DNA of 64,000 nucleotides from an uncultured virus (IMG/VR IMGVR_UViG_3300025773_000001) (lineage: Duplodnaviria > Heunggongvirae > Uroviricota > Caudoviricetes). This document shows, piece by piece, positions 10,229 to 20,202 of the stretch. The translations under genes and the position numbers were made by a program. Each line of letters opens with the position of its first letter. Positions within the stretch are counted from its first letter, which is position 1. The stretch lies in the IMG/VR virus record IMGVR_UViG_3300025773_000001; one strand, given 5' to 3'. Below the pieces are notes generated by a model that was not told where the DNA came from, did no database searches, and saw nothing but the letters and a program-made list of their open reading frames with translations.

Positions 10229-10635
10229 TAATTGAATTAGTTCCACAACAATACACTGCACAAGTCTGGCCTTTGGTGGAAGATTATTTTGCGCGCGCTA
10301 TAGAAAAAGGTGATACAACAGATTACAACATACACCAAGTAAAAATGTTTGTGAATCAAGGGTACTGGCATCTTTTTGTTTTGAGCGAAAAAGAAAAAAC
10401 GTTAAGCGGGGCAATTGCAGTTTCTTTTATTAAATACCCTAATGATCATATTGCGTTTATGACTTGCATGGGTGGTGTTGGTATTTGTACAGAAGAAATG
10501 TTAGACGCTTTTAAACAGCTTCTTAGGAATATGGGTGCAACAAAAATACAAGCAGGGGGACGAGACTCCGTTGTACGTATGGTGCAAAGACTTGGTTTTA
10601 AAAAGGCATACACAGTAGTTGAGTCTACTATCTAG
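10225..10635 (+). CDS. GNAT-fold-like protein (position analogous to P22 gp14)
   Basis: 136 aa; GR...RMVQRLGFK C-terminal motif; sits before the ejection genes. Confidence 0.55.
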   Translation: MIIELVPQQYTAQVWPLVEDYFARAIEKGDTTDYNIHQVKMFVNQGYWHLFVLSEKEKTLSGAIAVSFIKYPNDHIAFMTCMGGVGICTEEMLDAFKQLLRNMGATKIQAGGRDSVVRMVQRLGFKKAYTVVESTI

Positions 10636-10643
10636 GAAAAAAC

Positions 10644-13600
10644 ATGAAACTATTAAATATACTGTTTAACCCCCTTAATTTTTTAAATATGTTTACCCTG
10701 TATTTGGGTGGTGGCGGAGGGGGTGGGGGCACACCTTCAGCAACAAGCGCGTCTAATACCGTTTCTAATATTGCGCCTTGGGCACAGGCGGGTGTATCAC
10801 AGCTTATCAATTCAGGCTTATCAAACGCGTTTCCTCAGTACGGGCAACAGTTAAATGCTTACAACCAGCAAATGCAAATGTACAACAATGTTGGGGGCGC
10901 AAACAATATTTACGGCCTAGCAGCACCAACTGCGCCGACTGATTTAGGAAATCAAGGCGGGTATACACCTTTTAATACCAATACCGCAACCAATCCAACA
11001 GTAAATCAAAAAACTATTGTTGATGCATCAGGTGTTCCCCAAGCAAATCCAAACTACAACCCTGCTATGTCACAGGCATATCAGGCGGCGCAAAGCACAA
11101 CCGCCGGGTTTACTCCTTTGCAACAACAATCATTTACTACAGCGGCTAACATGCAAGTGCCCGGTCAATACGGCACAGCATCAAACATGGCAACCCAAGC
11201 GGGGCAAGGCGCTTTAAACACTACAGGGCAAGCTGGACAATATGGCAAGATGGGTGCACAGTACGGAGCACAGGGGGCACAACAAGCAGGGCAGCTTGCA
11301 GGAAATGTAGCCAATCAAGCACAAGGTTATGGATCACAAGCGGCTCAAGCAGGCAATATTGGTTTGCAAACTGGTCAAAATATGGCAAATACAGGCCAAT
11401 TAGGTTTGCAGTATGGACAACAAGGCGCTAACTACGGAGCGCAAGGCGCTGCCGCTGGGCAGTCTTATGGACAACAAGCACAAAACCCAGGTGCCGTACA
11501 GTCTTATATGAACCCATATTTACAGTCTACGCTTGCGCCACAAATGCAATTGCTTAATCAGCAGTACGGCATGCAACAAAACCAAAATGATGCAAACGCT
11601 ATACAAGCCGGTGCTTTTGGTGGATCAGGGGCTATGCTACAAAAATCCCTTAATCAACAAAATCAGTTGTTAGCCGGCAATCAATTAACGAGTAATGCGT
11701 ATAACCAAGCATATAACGTTGCTAATCAGAACATGCAAAATGCAGCAAGCCTTGGTATGCAAGGCGCGGGGGTTGGTCTGCAAGGTTCGGCTGCAGGACA
11801 AGCCGGTGTTAACACTGCACTACAAGGGCAACAAGGACAACTGGCAGGATTGTCAGCGTATCAGCAAGGCTTACAAGGAGCACAGCAAGGTCTTAACACA
11901 GCACTTGGTGCAGGAAACTTACGTTTATCTGGTACTGCGCAAGGTATACAAGGTGCTCAAACTGGTTTAACGGGTGTCAATGCACAACAAGCCGGATACG
12001 GTCAAGCAGGCAATCAAGCAACTAATCTTGCTAATATTGGTTCACAACAGCAAAACGCAGCACAAAATATTGCAGGTTTGCAAAACGCTTATGGTGCTCA
12101 ACAACAGCAACAACAGCAAAATATCTACAATACTGCAAATCAAAATTACAGTACGATGCAAGCGTATCCAATGCAACAACTGCAACAGTTGGAAGGCATG
12201 TATACCGGAGCGCCTACAAACACAACCACAATGAACTACCAAGCCGCGCCAAGTACTTTGTCGCAAGTTGCTGGTTTGGGTATGGCTGGATACGGTGCAA
12301 GTCAACTCGGTACTAAAGCTAATAAAAAGGGCGGACAAATTAAAGAAGGCGGTATTGATAAATTACCCGCTAACAATTTGAAAGCGTTTAAAAAAGGCGG
12401 TATCACTATGGATACCGAGGATGATGGCGCTGTACATTTTGCAGACAATAGACAGCAACCTGTTGGTTCGTATCAAAGCGGCCCTTTTACCGCAGCTGAT
12501 TATTCTTTAGGCACGCAAGATCCGCGTATATACAGGGATAATCAACTTAACCCTTCTCAAAAGTTTACTAGAACACAACTTCAATTACTTGAGCAATCCC
12601 CCGGTTCTGGCGCAAGTCTTACAGGATATCCCAATGCTAATTCAGGCGCAGTGCTTGGCGGGCAACAATATCCTAGACTGAGTCCAGGCGTACTATCTCA
12701 GTTTTTGCAAGCTCAGCAAAACTTGCCTGACAGCAGCGCTGTAACTAACGGTCCTACAAGCAAGGATAACATAGCGGCAAACGGCAATCCTGATGGGCAG
12801 CAGCAAAACACAACTCCTTATACTTATAAGGCGCCTCAAGTGGGTCTGCCAAACTTGTTATCAACAAGTTCAATGAGTGCTGCCGACGCAAAGAAAAACG
12901 CAACACAGTTTTTAAACCCTGCCGATTTGAACGCAGAAGCTAAAAATTTAGATAGTTATTTTGAAAATCAAACAAATACGCGCAGAGCTGCAAGGGATGC
13001 GGAGTTGGCAGGACGTCCAATACTTGGTAAAAAACAGGAAGAACGGTTAAATAAAGAAGATGAAAAAGACACGCAAAGACTTTCAGATTTAAAAAACTCA
13101 AGCATGCTTGAAGCAGGACTTGCTGTATTGGGTGGCACTTCACCTTTCTTTGGACCGAATATTAGCAACGCTAAAGAAGGTGTCCAAGCCTATAAAGCAG
13201 GTCTTAAAGATCTAGAGAAAGCTAAAGAAGCTCGTGAAAACGTACGCAGTAATCTTGAGAACATGCGTGATGCGCAGCTTAACAACGACATAAACTCTTC
13301 TCTGCAGTTTGAAGATAATGCGTTTAATGCACATATGGGACTCAAAGGACATTTGTTTGATGCAAATAATAACATGAACACCGCTCTTGGTGGTATTGCT
13401 TCTAACATGTTTCAATCATCTAATACCAACGCGCTTAATGCTGGAATTGCAAACTTAAATGCGCAGACGCACGTAGCTACTACAAACGCTATGTTAAACA
13501 AAGAACCTGAAGCTATCGCCACCGCGCGTATTCTTGGTAAAGGTGATGTGCAGGCAGGCTACAACATGGGCATAGCCAAACAACACGCCACAGAGTTGTA

Positions 13601-13802
13601 TACTAAATGGGCACAACTTGCATACCCTAACGGAAATTTGGGACAACCTAATGAAGCTTTCCTTAAAGCGTACCCCACAGCACAATTGTATGTTGAAGAA
13701 GGTCTTTCAAGCGCAGGGTTTGCGCCGCAAGGTGGCAACGCTGGTGGTTATGGAAAAACGCCGCCCCCACCCAGCGCTGCCATTCTAAATTCAAAAAGGT
13801 AG
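10644..13802 (+). CDS. DNA ejection/internal virion protein
   Basis: Short leader followed by poly-Gly; Q/G/A-rich; YMNPYLQ and AGAFGGS motifs; coiled-coil C-half. Confidence 0.7.
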   Translation: MKLLNILFNPLNFLNMFTLYLGGGGGGGGTPSATSASNTVSNIAPWAQAGVSQLINSGLSNAFPQYGQQLNAYNQQMQMYNNVGGANNIYGLAAPTAPTDLGNQGGYTPFNTNTATNPTVNQKTIVDASGVPQANPNYNPAMSQAYQAAQSTTAGFTPLQQQSFTTAANMQVPGQYGTASNMATQAGQGALNTTGQAGQYGKMGAQYGAQGAQQAGQLAGNVANQAQGYGSQAAQAGNIGLQTGQNMANTGQLGLQYGQQGANYGAQGAAAGQSYGQQAQNPGAVQSYMNPYLQSTLAPQMQLLNQQYGMQQNQNDANAIQAGAFGGSGAMLQKSLNQQNQLLAGNQLTSNAYNQAYNVANQNMQNAASLGMQGAGVGLQGSAAGQAGVNTALQGQQGQLAGLSAYQQGLQGAQQGLNTALGAGNLRLSGTAQGIQGAQTGLTGVNAQQAGYGQAGNQATNLANIGSQQQNAAQNIAGLQNAYGAQQQQQQQNIYNTANQNYSTMQAYPMQQLQQLEGMYTGAPTNTTTMNYQAAPSTLSQVAGLGMAGYGASQLGTKANKKGGQIKEGGIDKLPANNLKAFKKGGITMDTEDDGAVHFADNRQQPVGSYQSGPFTAADYSLGTQDPRIYRDNQLNPSQKFTRTQLQLLEQSPGSGASLTGYPNANSGAVLGGQQYPRLSPGVLSQFLQAQQNLPDSSAVTNGPTSKDNIAANGNPDGQQQNTTPYTYKAPQVGLPNLLSTSSMSAADAKKNATQFLNPADLNAEAKNLDSYFENQTNTRRAARDAELAGRPILGKKQEERLNKEDEKDTQRLSDLKNSSMLEAGLAVLGGTSPFFGPNISNAKEGVQAYKAGLKDLEKAKEARENVRSNLENMRDAQLNNDINSSLQFEDNAFNAHMGLKGHLFDANNNMNTALGGIASNMFQSSNTNALNAGIANLNAQTHVATTNAMLNKEPEAIATARILGKGDVQAGYNMGIAKQHATELYTKWAQLAYPNGNLGQPNEAFLKAYPTAQLYVEEGLSSAGFAPQGGNAGGYGKTPPPPSAAILNSKR

Positions 13803-13808
13803 TTAATA

Positions 13809-16800
13809 ATGCCTAATTATTTACAGTTGCCAAACGGGGCTTATTATGAAGCGCCCGATGATATGACGCATGGACAAGCTTTACGTGCGGCATACAAAGA
13901 ATTTCCAGAAGCTTTTGGTGGTATGCCAAACGTCCCCGCCGAAAAGCCTAAGAGCGGACTTATGGGTGCGTTTGGTTCTGGTCTTGAATCGCTGTTGTCT
14001 ACGAGCCGCACAGGTCTAGGCGCAGCATTCGGCAACGCTAACGAAGCTGCTAAAGCAGGACTTGAGCGTCAAGAAGAAATTGACAAGAAGTATGCACCTG
14101 TCACGGACATTGAAAAAGTAAAAGACATTTACCATAAGCAAGGCATACTACCTGCCGCATGGGAAGCTGCTAAACAAGCCCCCGGTGCTTTGGCGCAGCA
14201 AATTCCTAACTTTGCAGAAATTGCAACAGGCGCGCGTCTTGGAGCAATGGCAGGTACAGCACTTGAACCCGGCGCAGGTACAGGCGCAGGCGCAATTCTT
14301 GGTGGTGTTTTAGGCGCTACCGCTCCTGCATACTTACAACAGTTTGGCGGCAACGTAGAACGCCAAGCCCAAGAACAACAGCAAGCCGGTCAAGATATTA
14401 ATATCAACAAAGGCAAAGCTGCTGCGTATGCAGTACCACAAGCCGCGCTTGATGTTGCGGCGGAAGCTATTCCGCTTGGCGGATCGTTAGTCAGTAAGCT
14501 GACCGGCATACCCCTTAACGCATTGACTAGAGGTGGTGCAGGCGTTGGAAAACTTGCCGAAGAAAGATTGCTCACTACGTTGGCTAAAGGTACTGCAACA
14601 GGCGCGCTTGCCGAGGTCCCAACTGAAGTTGCCCAACAAATGCTTGAGCGTGCGCAAGCTGGACTTTCTTTAACCAGTCCTGACGCTCTCAAAGAATACG
14701 GTGAAACAGCTTATCAAGTAGGACTCCTTGCACCTATGGGTGCTGTAGGTAGATTGTCTCAGCGCTCGGAAGCTAGAGAAAACCTTGCTGCACAACAGCA
14801 GCAACAACAAGAACAAACCTCGCCTGAAAAAGAACAGTTATTACAGCTAGGCTACACGCCACCACTGCCTAACATGCAGGAACCCGGCACGCTTCCAGAC
14901 GTCATCAATATGATGGACGAGCACAAAGAATTACGTGATCAACACAAATCTCTTACCGACCAGATAGCTGAGGCAGGAGCTGCTAACGATCACGATACTG
15001 CAAACCGACTGGTTCAACAGCATGCCGATGTTGGCAAACGGATTGACGGTTTAGCAAAACAAATTGTTATGGCAGGAGGCGTTGCGCCCAATACCGAGCA
15101 GATGAAGTCTGATGCAACAGACACACCTGAAAAAATTCTTGCATTAGCGAACGACCAAGTAACGGCTCTTGATAAACAAATTGAATACCATCAAAATGCG
15201 TTAAAGAAAGCTACAGATAAAAATGTTCAGGATTACTCGGCTGTCCCCGCAATTACTGCAAAAATTCAAGACTTAGTTGCGCAAAAGAATAAGTTGCTTG
15301 CTGACATTCAAAACCGTCAACGTGTAGTAAACACAGCGGCTACGCCTAAAGGCGAGACAATTGACATGTTTGGTAGACCTGAACAGTCTGCTGCTTTAGC
15401 ACCTGAACAAGTATCTGCGTTACAACCAGAAGACAACAAAACTGGTGATTTGTTCTCCCAAGAGAACATGCGTAAGAATCAAGTCAGAAATTCTGCTTAT
15501 GATCTGAGTCAAGCAGTCAAAGGCACCACAGACCAAGATGTTGCCAACGCGTTTGCGCTTGGTATGTCTAATCCTAAACCAGCCAGTTTTAGGCCAGAAG
15601 GCTTGCGCGCTGAAATAACGCCTACTGAAAAAGAAGCTGAAGTTATTCCTGACAACTCTTTACATGCAAAAGCTACAGAAGCAGCACGTCAACTATCTGA
15701 AGAACGTCTTGAGTTACCCGGACGTAAAAGATCTTTAAGCGCCACCAACGAACAGTTTGATGCCGCAGATGAGCAAATGACTGCGCTTAAAAACTCAATT
15801 GAAAAACCACAAGGCAACTCAGCTAAATCTATAGTTGAGCAAATGCAAGAGTTAGGACAAGCACACGACACTATTCAAAATCAATTGAACGCAGGCAAAG
15901 CAGCTTTGACCACCGCAGAAAAAGCGCAGTTATTAAACGCACAACTAGGTAAAGGTAAACCACCTGCCCCACGTCCAATGACGGACATGGAGAAAAACAA
16001 GCTTAAAAAAGAACAAGCAAAAATACTTGCTTCATATAACAATCTTTTGACCAAGGTTACAGAAACCAGAGATCAAATAGAAAAACTGCGCAGAAGTTTG
16101 TATACCACAAAAGAAGTAGAAGCCCAAAGCGTAACAGAAGAACGTCAACGCAAGTCTTTAATCAAGCCGCCTACAAAAAAAGAAATTGCAGAAAGTACAG
16201 AAGAAAATCCTGCAAAGCCAGGCGCGTACAAATCCCGTGAAGCAAGAACAGCAACGCGTATTAATAAGGGTGAAGTAGCCAAAGAAGCGTCTGCTTCTGA
16301 CTTGATGCGCGGCATTGCGCACGCCAACGGTGTAGAGTCTGACGAGTATCAAAAGTTTATGGCGGACCGCAATAAAGAAATTGCGAAACTTAAAAAGAAA
16401 GATCCAAAAGCCGCTAATAACCTACGTGCTCAAACTACTTACGATGCTTACGAAAAAGCAATTGAGTTAGGCGAAAAAACAAAGAACTATCAAGAAGCAT
16501 TGAATCAAGCAGTTGAGCGCATGCAAAAAGCGTTAGCTGAAAGTGGTACAACGCAACAGATTAAATCTAAACGCACACAGCAAGAGACACGTAAAGTATC
16601 TTCAGCCAAAAAAGAAGAACGTACAGGTTCACCTGAAAGCCGCACTTCTTCTAATGCGCGCAATGAAATTATAGCCGGAACACGTGCTACACCTGAGCAG
16701 ATACGATATTTACAACACGCGCCTGAGAACGAAGAAGAGAGAGCAAGAAGAGAGACACGCGAAGCTAACAGACTGGCTAAAGAATATAAAGGTACTACAC

Positions 16801-19800
16801 GTGCACAAGGCGAGGAAGATACACTTTATACACCGCGTTTCCGTACAAGCACTCAGGGCGGTCCTGCGATGGACGTCGAATCTGTTAACAAGTGGGTGGA
16901 TAAGATTGTTGAGCGTTGGAAGAACGTACCCAACATTATCACGGTCGATAACGAAGACTTACTACCTAAAGCACTGCAAGAACAAATTAGCAGGAACGAC
17001 AAAAACGGCAAGGTTCCCGGTCTTTACGATCCTGCAACCAATCAGGTTTACTTGATTGCTAGAAACTTGCACGGTCCAGAAGATATTGTTTTGACTATTG
17101 CGCACGAGGTTGCCGGTCACTACGGTTTACGCAAGATGCTTGGTGGGGAATACTCCCAAGTCATGCAATCAATTTACGAAGGCAATAATGCCGTACGTGA
17201 AGAAGCCGACGCTAAGATGGCAGAAAATCCTGAGCTTAATAAAGCTATAGCGGTTGAAGAAGTATTGGCAGAAATGGCAGAGCGTGGACCACAAACCCCT
17301 GCTGAGCGATCCGCTCTAGAAAAGATTATTCACGCTATCAAGCAGTGGCTTAACAAAACGTTTGGCTACAGATACGTTCCTGATGAAGATGTACAGCAAC
17401 TTGTTGCCAACGCCAGAAGGTTTGTTATTGAAGGCGGGGAGAATGCAGTAGGCGAAGCGACAAACGAAGGCACTGTATTTAGGACCAACAAAGAAGCCGC
17501 CGGTATCGGTAGCTCTATTGTGGGTAGACCTCAAACAGCCAAAGATTCGTTCAACACAATTAAAGAAAACGTGTTGGGTTTACGCGGACGCGTTCAATAC
17601 ATCGACCGCCATGCGGCACTATCTGAAGCATTTAAGAAAGGTTTAAGTGCGGGTGAGATTAGTTCTTTAGAGGCTCAAAATGCTGAGTGGCTTCTCCGCT
17701 TTGGTGAACAACGTAGCCAGTATGCGGCTCAGGCTTTGACTAATGGACCTTTGCAAGTTATAAAGAACAAAGTTAAAGACGGCGTTGAAACTATATTCAA
17801 AAGCGTCAAAGGCGCTAACATGTTGAACGTTGCTAAGGCATTTGGTGCATCCAAGTTAGGCGATGAAAGACAAATTGAATCTATGGCGACGCTGTACCTT
17901 GCGGCTAAACGTGCTGAGCAAGTGGGTTGGGAAAAGCTTGACTTTAATAATACTGCCGCTGTTAAAGCGGACTATCAAAGACTGACACAGTTGCTCGCCA
18001 AAAACCCAGAAGCTAAGAAAGCTTTTGAACAAGGCGCTAAACTTTACAAGCAATACAACGATGGTCTTATTGACTGGCTAGTACAGACCGAAGCCATGAC
18101 GCCTAAGAAAGCGGCTGAGCTAAAGTCTTATAACTACGTGCCTTTCTACCGTGTTGGCAAAGACGGTGATATTAAATTGTTTGTAGACAAAGAGCGTAGC
18201 GTCAAAATTGGCAACATTAAAGACGAACCACAACTTAGAGAGTTGGTCGGTGGCGATGAACAGATTATGCCTGTCTTTAGTAGTGCGATCCAAAATACAA
18301 TGCTCTTGACCAATATGGGTTTACGCAATAAATCTGTAAAAGAAACTGCGCTTACCCTTAACAAACTTGGTATTGCGTCTCGTATTGCGCAGGGTTCTGG
18401 TCCTGCTAACCCAAGCGTTGTTCGTTTTAGAATCAGAGGTGAAGAGCATCATGCGGTTATTGATAATGACGTTTACGGCATCCCCGCTGAGTTAATAGTT
18501 AAAGGCATGGAAGGTATCAAGACCTCAATACCGGTTGCAGTCAAGATGCTTGGCTACCCTGCGAACATCTTACGCCAGTTTGTTACACGTAACCCTGCGT
18601 ATGCGTTGCGCCAAGTTGTACGCGATCCGTTGAATGCTTGGTTGACAACCGGCACAGATGCCACACCTGTACTTGCTTCTATGAAAGAACTTGCTAAGAT
18701 GGTGGCGGGTCGTAGCGAGGCTGAGAAACGTTTGATGGAAGCTGGCGCGATTAGCAGTAACGTGATTACTGGCGGTAAAGAAGACATGGTGCGTATGCTC
18801 CGTGAAATAAGCACAGGTAAAAGTGGTTGGGAAAAACTGCTTGCCAAAGCCGACGCATTTGCTATGCAAGGCGACGCCGCTACTCGTGCCGTGATTTACG
18901 AAGACTCTTTAAAGAAAGGCATGTCTGAGCAACAAGCTTTGCTACGCACACTTGAGTCCATGAACTTTAGCCGTCGCGGATTGTCTCCAAGTATGCAAGT
19001 TGTCTCCACAATCGTGCCGTTCTTTAACGCTCAGATTCAAGGTCTGGATGTTCTGTACCGTGCCTTCAAAGGTGAGATGCCATTCAACGAGCAATTAAAG
19101 ATCAAGCAAAAACTTTGGGCACGCGGTACGATGCTTGCTATCGGTACTATGGCGTACGCATCCATGATGCAGGATGATGACGGCTACAAGAGCGCCAAAC
19201 CAGAGGAGCGCTTGAGTAACTGGTTTATACCGATTCCCGGTCAGAAAGACATGCTTAAAGTACCAATCCCCTTTGAACTTGGCTACTTGTTTAAAGCGTT
19301 GCCAGAGGCAATCATGAATGCATCTGCGGGAGATCAAGAAGCTTCACAAGCGGTGCTTGGTATGGGCAGACTTCTCGCGCAGTCTAATCCGTTTAGCTTG
19401 CCACAAGCAATTAAACCTGCAACAGAAGTTGCGCTTGGACGTTCATTCTTTAGCGGGGACATAGAGTCTCAAGCAGAGAAGAAACAAATAGCCGGTGAAC
19501 GTGCACGTGCAAACACGACAGAAATTTCCAAAGCAATCGGACACACGCTAGACGTTAGCCCTATCGTGCTTGACTACTTGATCCGTGGTTACACCGGCAG
19601 TCTAGGTATCGCGTTGACACAATTAGCCAATCCGATACTGGCGTCTGATACTAAAGCAACTATCGCTGAGCCCACCAAGACCTTAAGCCAAATGCCTTTC
19701 ATTGGTAACTTGTTCCAACCTGTTGAGGGTAGAGGTACCTTAGATGAAGCCTACGCCATGATGACGCAGATTCAGCAAGCCAAGGGCACATACAATAAAA

Positions 19801-20051
19801 TGATTGAAGAAGGTCGTCGTGCAGAAGCTCACGCGTTTGCACAAAACTATGCCAACCAATTGTCTATGGCAACCACGTCAGGGCAAGCCGAGAAGTACTT
19901 AGGCACTATTGCCAAGCAAGAACGCATGGTAACGGCTTCTCCAACCCTGACAACGGAGCAAAAAGACGCACGCCTAGAACAACTTCACAAAATGAAAGAA
20001 GACTACGCTAAACACTTCCTTGCTTTCGCCGAAAGAAAAGCACCCCAATAA
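13809..20051 (+). CDS. large polyvalent virion protein with zincin-like metallopeptidase and LPD38-like C-terminal domain
   Basis: 2080 aa; GLYDP...AHEVAGHYG...EEVLAEMAE; MNFSRRG...PFFNAQIQG...KVPIPFELG. Confidence 0.75.
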   Translation: MPNYLQLPNGAYYEAPDDMTHGQALRAAYKEFPEAFGGMPNVPAEKPKSGLMGAFGSGLESLLSTSRTGLGAAFGNANEAAKAGLERQEEIDKKYAPVTDIEKVKDIYHKQGILPAAWEAAKQAPGALAQQIPNFAEIATGARLGAMAGTALEPGAGTGAGAILGGVLGATAPAYLQQFGGNVERQAQEQQQAGQDININKGKAAAYAVPQAALDVAAEAIPLGGSLVSKLTGIPLNALTRGGAGVGKLAEERLLTTLAKGTATGALAEVPTEVAQQMLERAQAGLSLTSPDALKEYGETAYQVGLLAPMGAVGRLSQRSEARENLAAQQQQQQEQTSPEKEQLLQLGYTPPLPNMQEPGTLPDVINMMDEHKELRDQHKSLTDQIAEAGAANDHDTANRLVQQHADVGKRIDGLAKQIVMAGGVAPNTEQMKSDATDTPEKILALANDQVTALDKQIEYHQNALKKATDKNVQDYSAVPAITAKIQDLVAQKNKLLADIQNRQRVVNTAATPKGETIDMFGRPEQSAALAPEQVSALQPEDNKTGDLFSQENMRKNQVRNSAYDLSQAVKGTTDQDVANAFALGMSNPKPASFRPEGLRAEITPTEKEAEVIPDNSLHAKATEAARQLSEERLELPGRKRSLSATNEQFDAADEQMTALKNSIEKPQGNSAKSIVEQMQELGQAHDTIQNQLNAGKAALTTAEKAQLLNAQLGKGKPPAPRPMTDMEKNKLKKEQAKILASYNNLLTKVTETRDQIEKLRRSLYTTKEVEAQSVTEERQRKSLIKPPTKKEIAESTEENPAKPGAYKSREARTATRINKGEVAKEASASDLMRGIAHANGVESDEYQKFMADRNKEIAKLKKKDPKAANNLRAQTTYDAYEKAIELGEKTKNYQEALNQAVERMQKALAESGTTQQIKSKRTQQETRKVSSAKKEERTGSPESRTSSNARNEIIAGTRATPEQIRYLQHAPENEEERARRETREANRLAKEYKGTTRAQGEEDTLYTPRFRTSTQGGPAMDVESVNKWVDKIVERWKNVPNIITVDNEDLLPKALQEQISRNDKNGKVPGLYDPATNQVYLIARNLHGPEDIVLTIAHEVAGHYGLRKMLGGEYSQVMQSIYEGNNAVREEADAKMAENPELNKAIAVEEVLAEMAERGPQTPAERSALEKIIHAIKQWLNKTFGYRYVPDEDVQQLVANARRFVIEGGENAVGEATNEGTVFRTNKEAAGIGSSIVGRPQTAKDSFNTIKENVLGLRGRVQYIDRHAALSEAFKKGLSAGEISSLEAQNAEWLLRFGEQRSQYAAQALTNGPLQVIKNKVKDGVETIFKSVKGANMLNVAKAFGASKLGDERQIESMATLYLAAKRAEQVGWEKLDFNNTAAVKADYQRLTQLLAKNPEAKKAFEQGAKLYKQYNDGLIDWLVQTEAMTPKKAAELKSYNYVPFYRVGKDGDIKLFVDKERSVKIGNIKDEPQLRELVGGDEQIMPVFSSAIQNTMLLTNMGLRNKSVKETALTLNKLGIASRIAQGSGPANPSVVRFRIRGEEHHAVIDNDVYGIPAELIVKGMEGIKTSIPVAVKMLGYPANILRQFVTRNPAYALRQVVRDPLNAWLTTGTDATPVLASMKELAKMVAGRSEAEKRLMEAGAISSNVITGGKEDMVRMLREISTGKSGWEKLLAKADAFAMQGDAATRAVIYEDSLKKGMSEQQALLRTLESMNFSRRGLSPSMQVVSTIVPFFNAQIQGLDVLYRAFKGEMPFNEQLKIKQKLWARGTMLAIGTMAYASMMQDDDGYKSAKPEERLSNWFIPIPGQKDMLKVPIPFELGYLFKALPEAIMNASAGDQEASQAVLGMGRLLAQSNPFSLPQAIKPATEVALGRSFFSGDIESQAEKKQIAGERARANTTEISKAIGHTLDVSPIVLDYLIRGYTGSLGIALTQLANPILASDTKATIAEPTKTLSQMPFIGNLFQPVEGRGTLDEAYAMMTQIQQAKGTYNKMIEEGRRAEAHAFAQNYANQLSMATTSGQAEKYLGTIAKQERMVTASPTLTTEQKDARLEQLHKMKEDYAKHFLAFAERKAPQ

Positions 20052-20202
20052 GACCGTCCTTGATGCCGATCTTAGCGTAGACTTGTTTGCGGGGCATGAT
20101 GGCGGCACGAAGCCCCATCTCCCGCGCTTTCATCACATCAATAGCAGGAAGGAAAATCCCCTCACCCGGCTTTAAGTTCTCCCAGTTGTAGTTCTTCAAC
20201 AT
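20008..20202 (-). CDS. small hypothetical protein
   Basis: 64 aa, last gene of the minus-strand block; W..LKPGEGIFLP motif. Confidence 0.6.
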   Translation of the reverse strand: MLKNYNWENLKPGEGIFLPAIDVMKAREMGLRAAIMPRKQVYAKIGIKDGLIGVLFFRRKQGSV

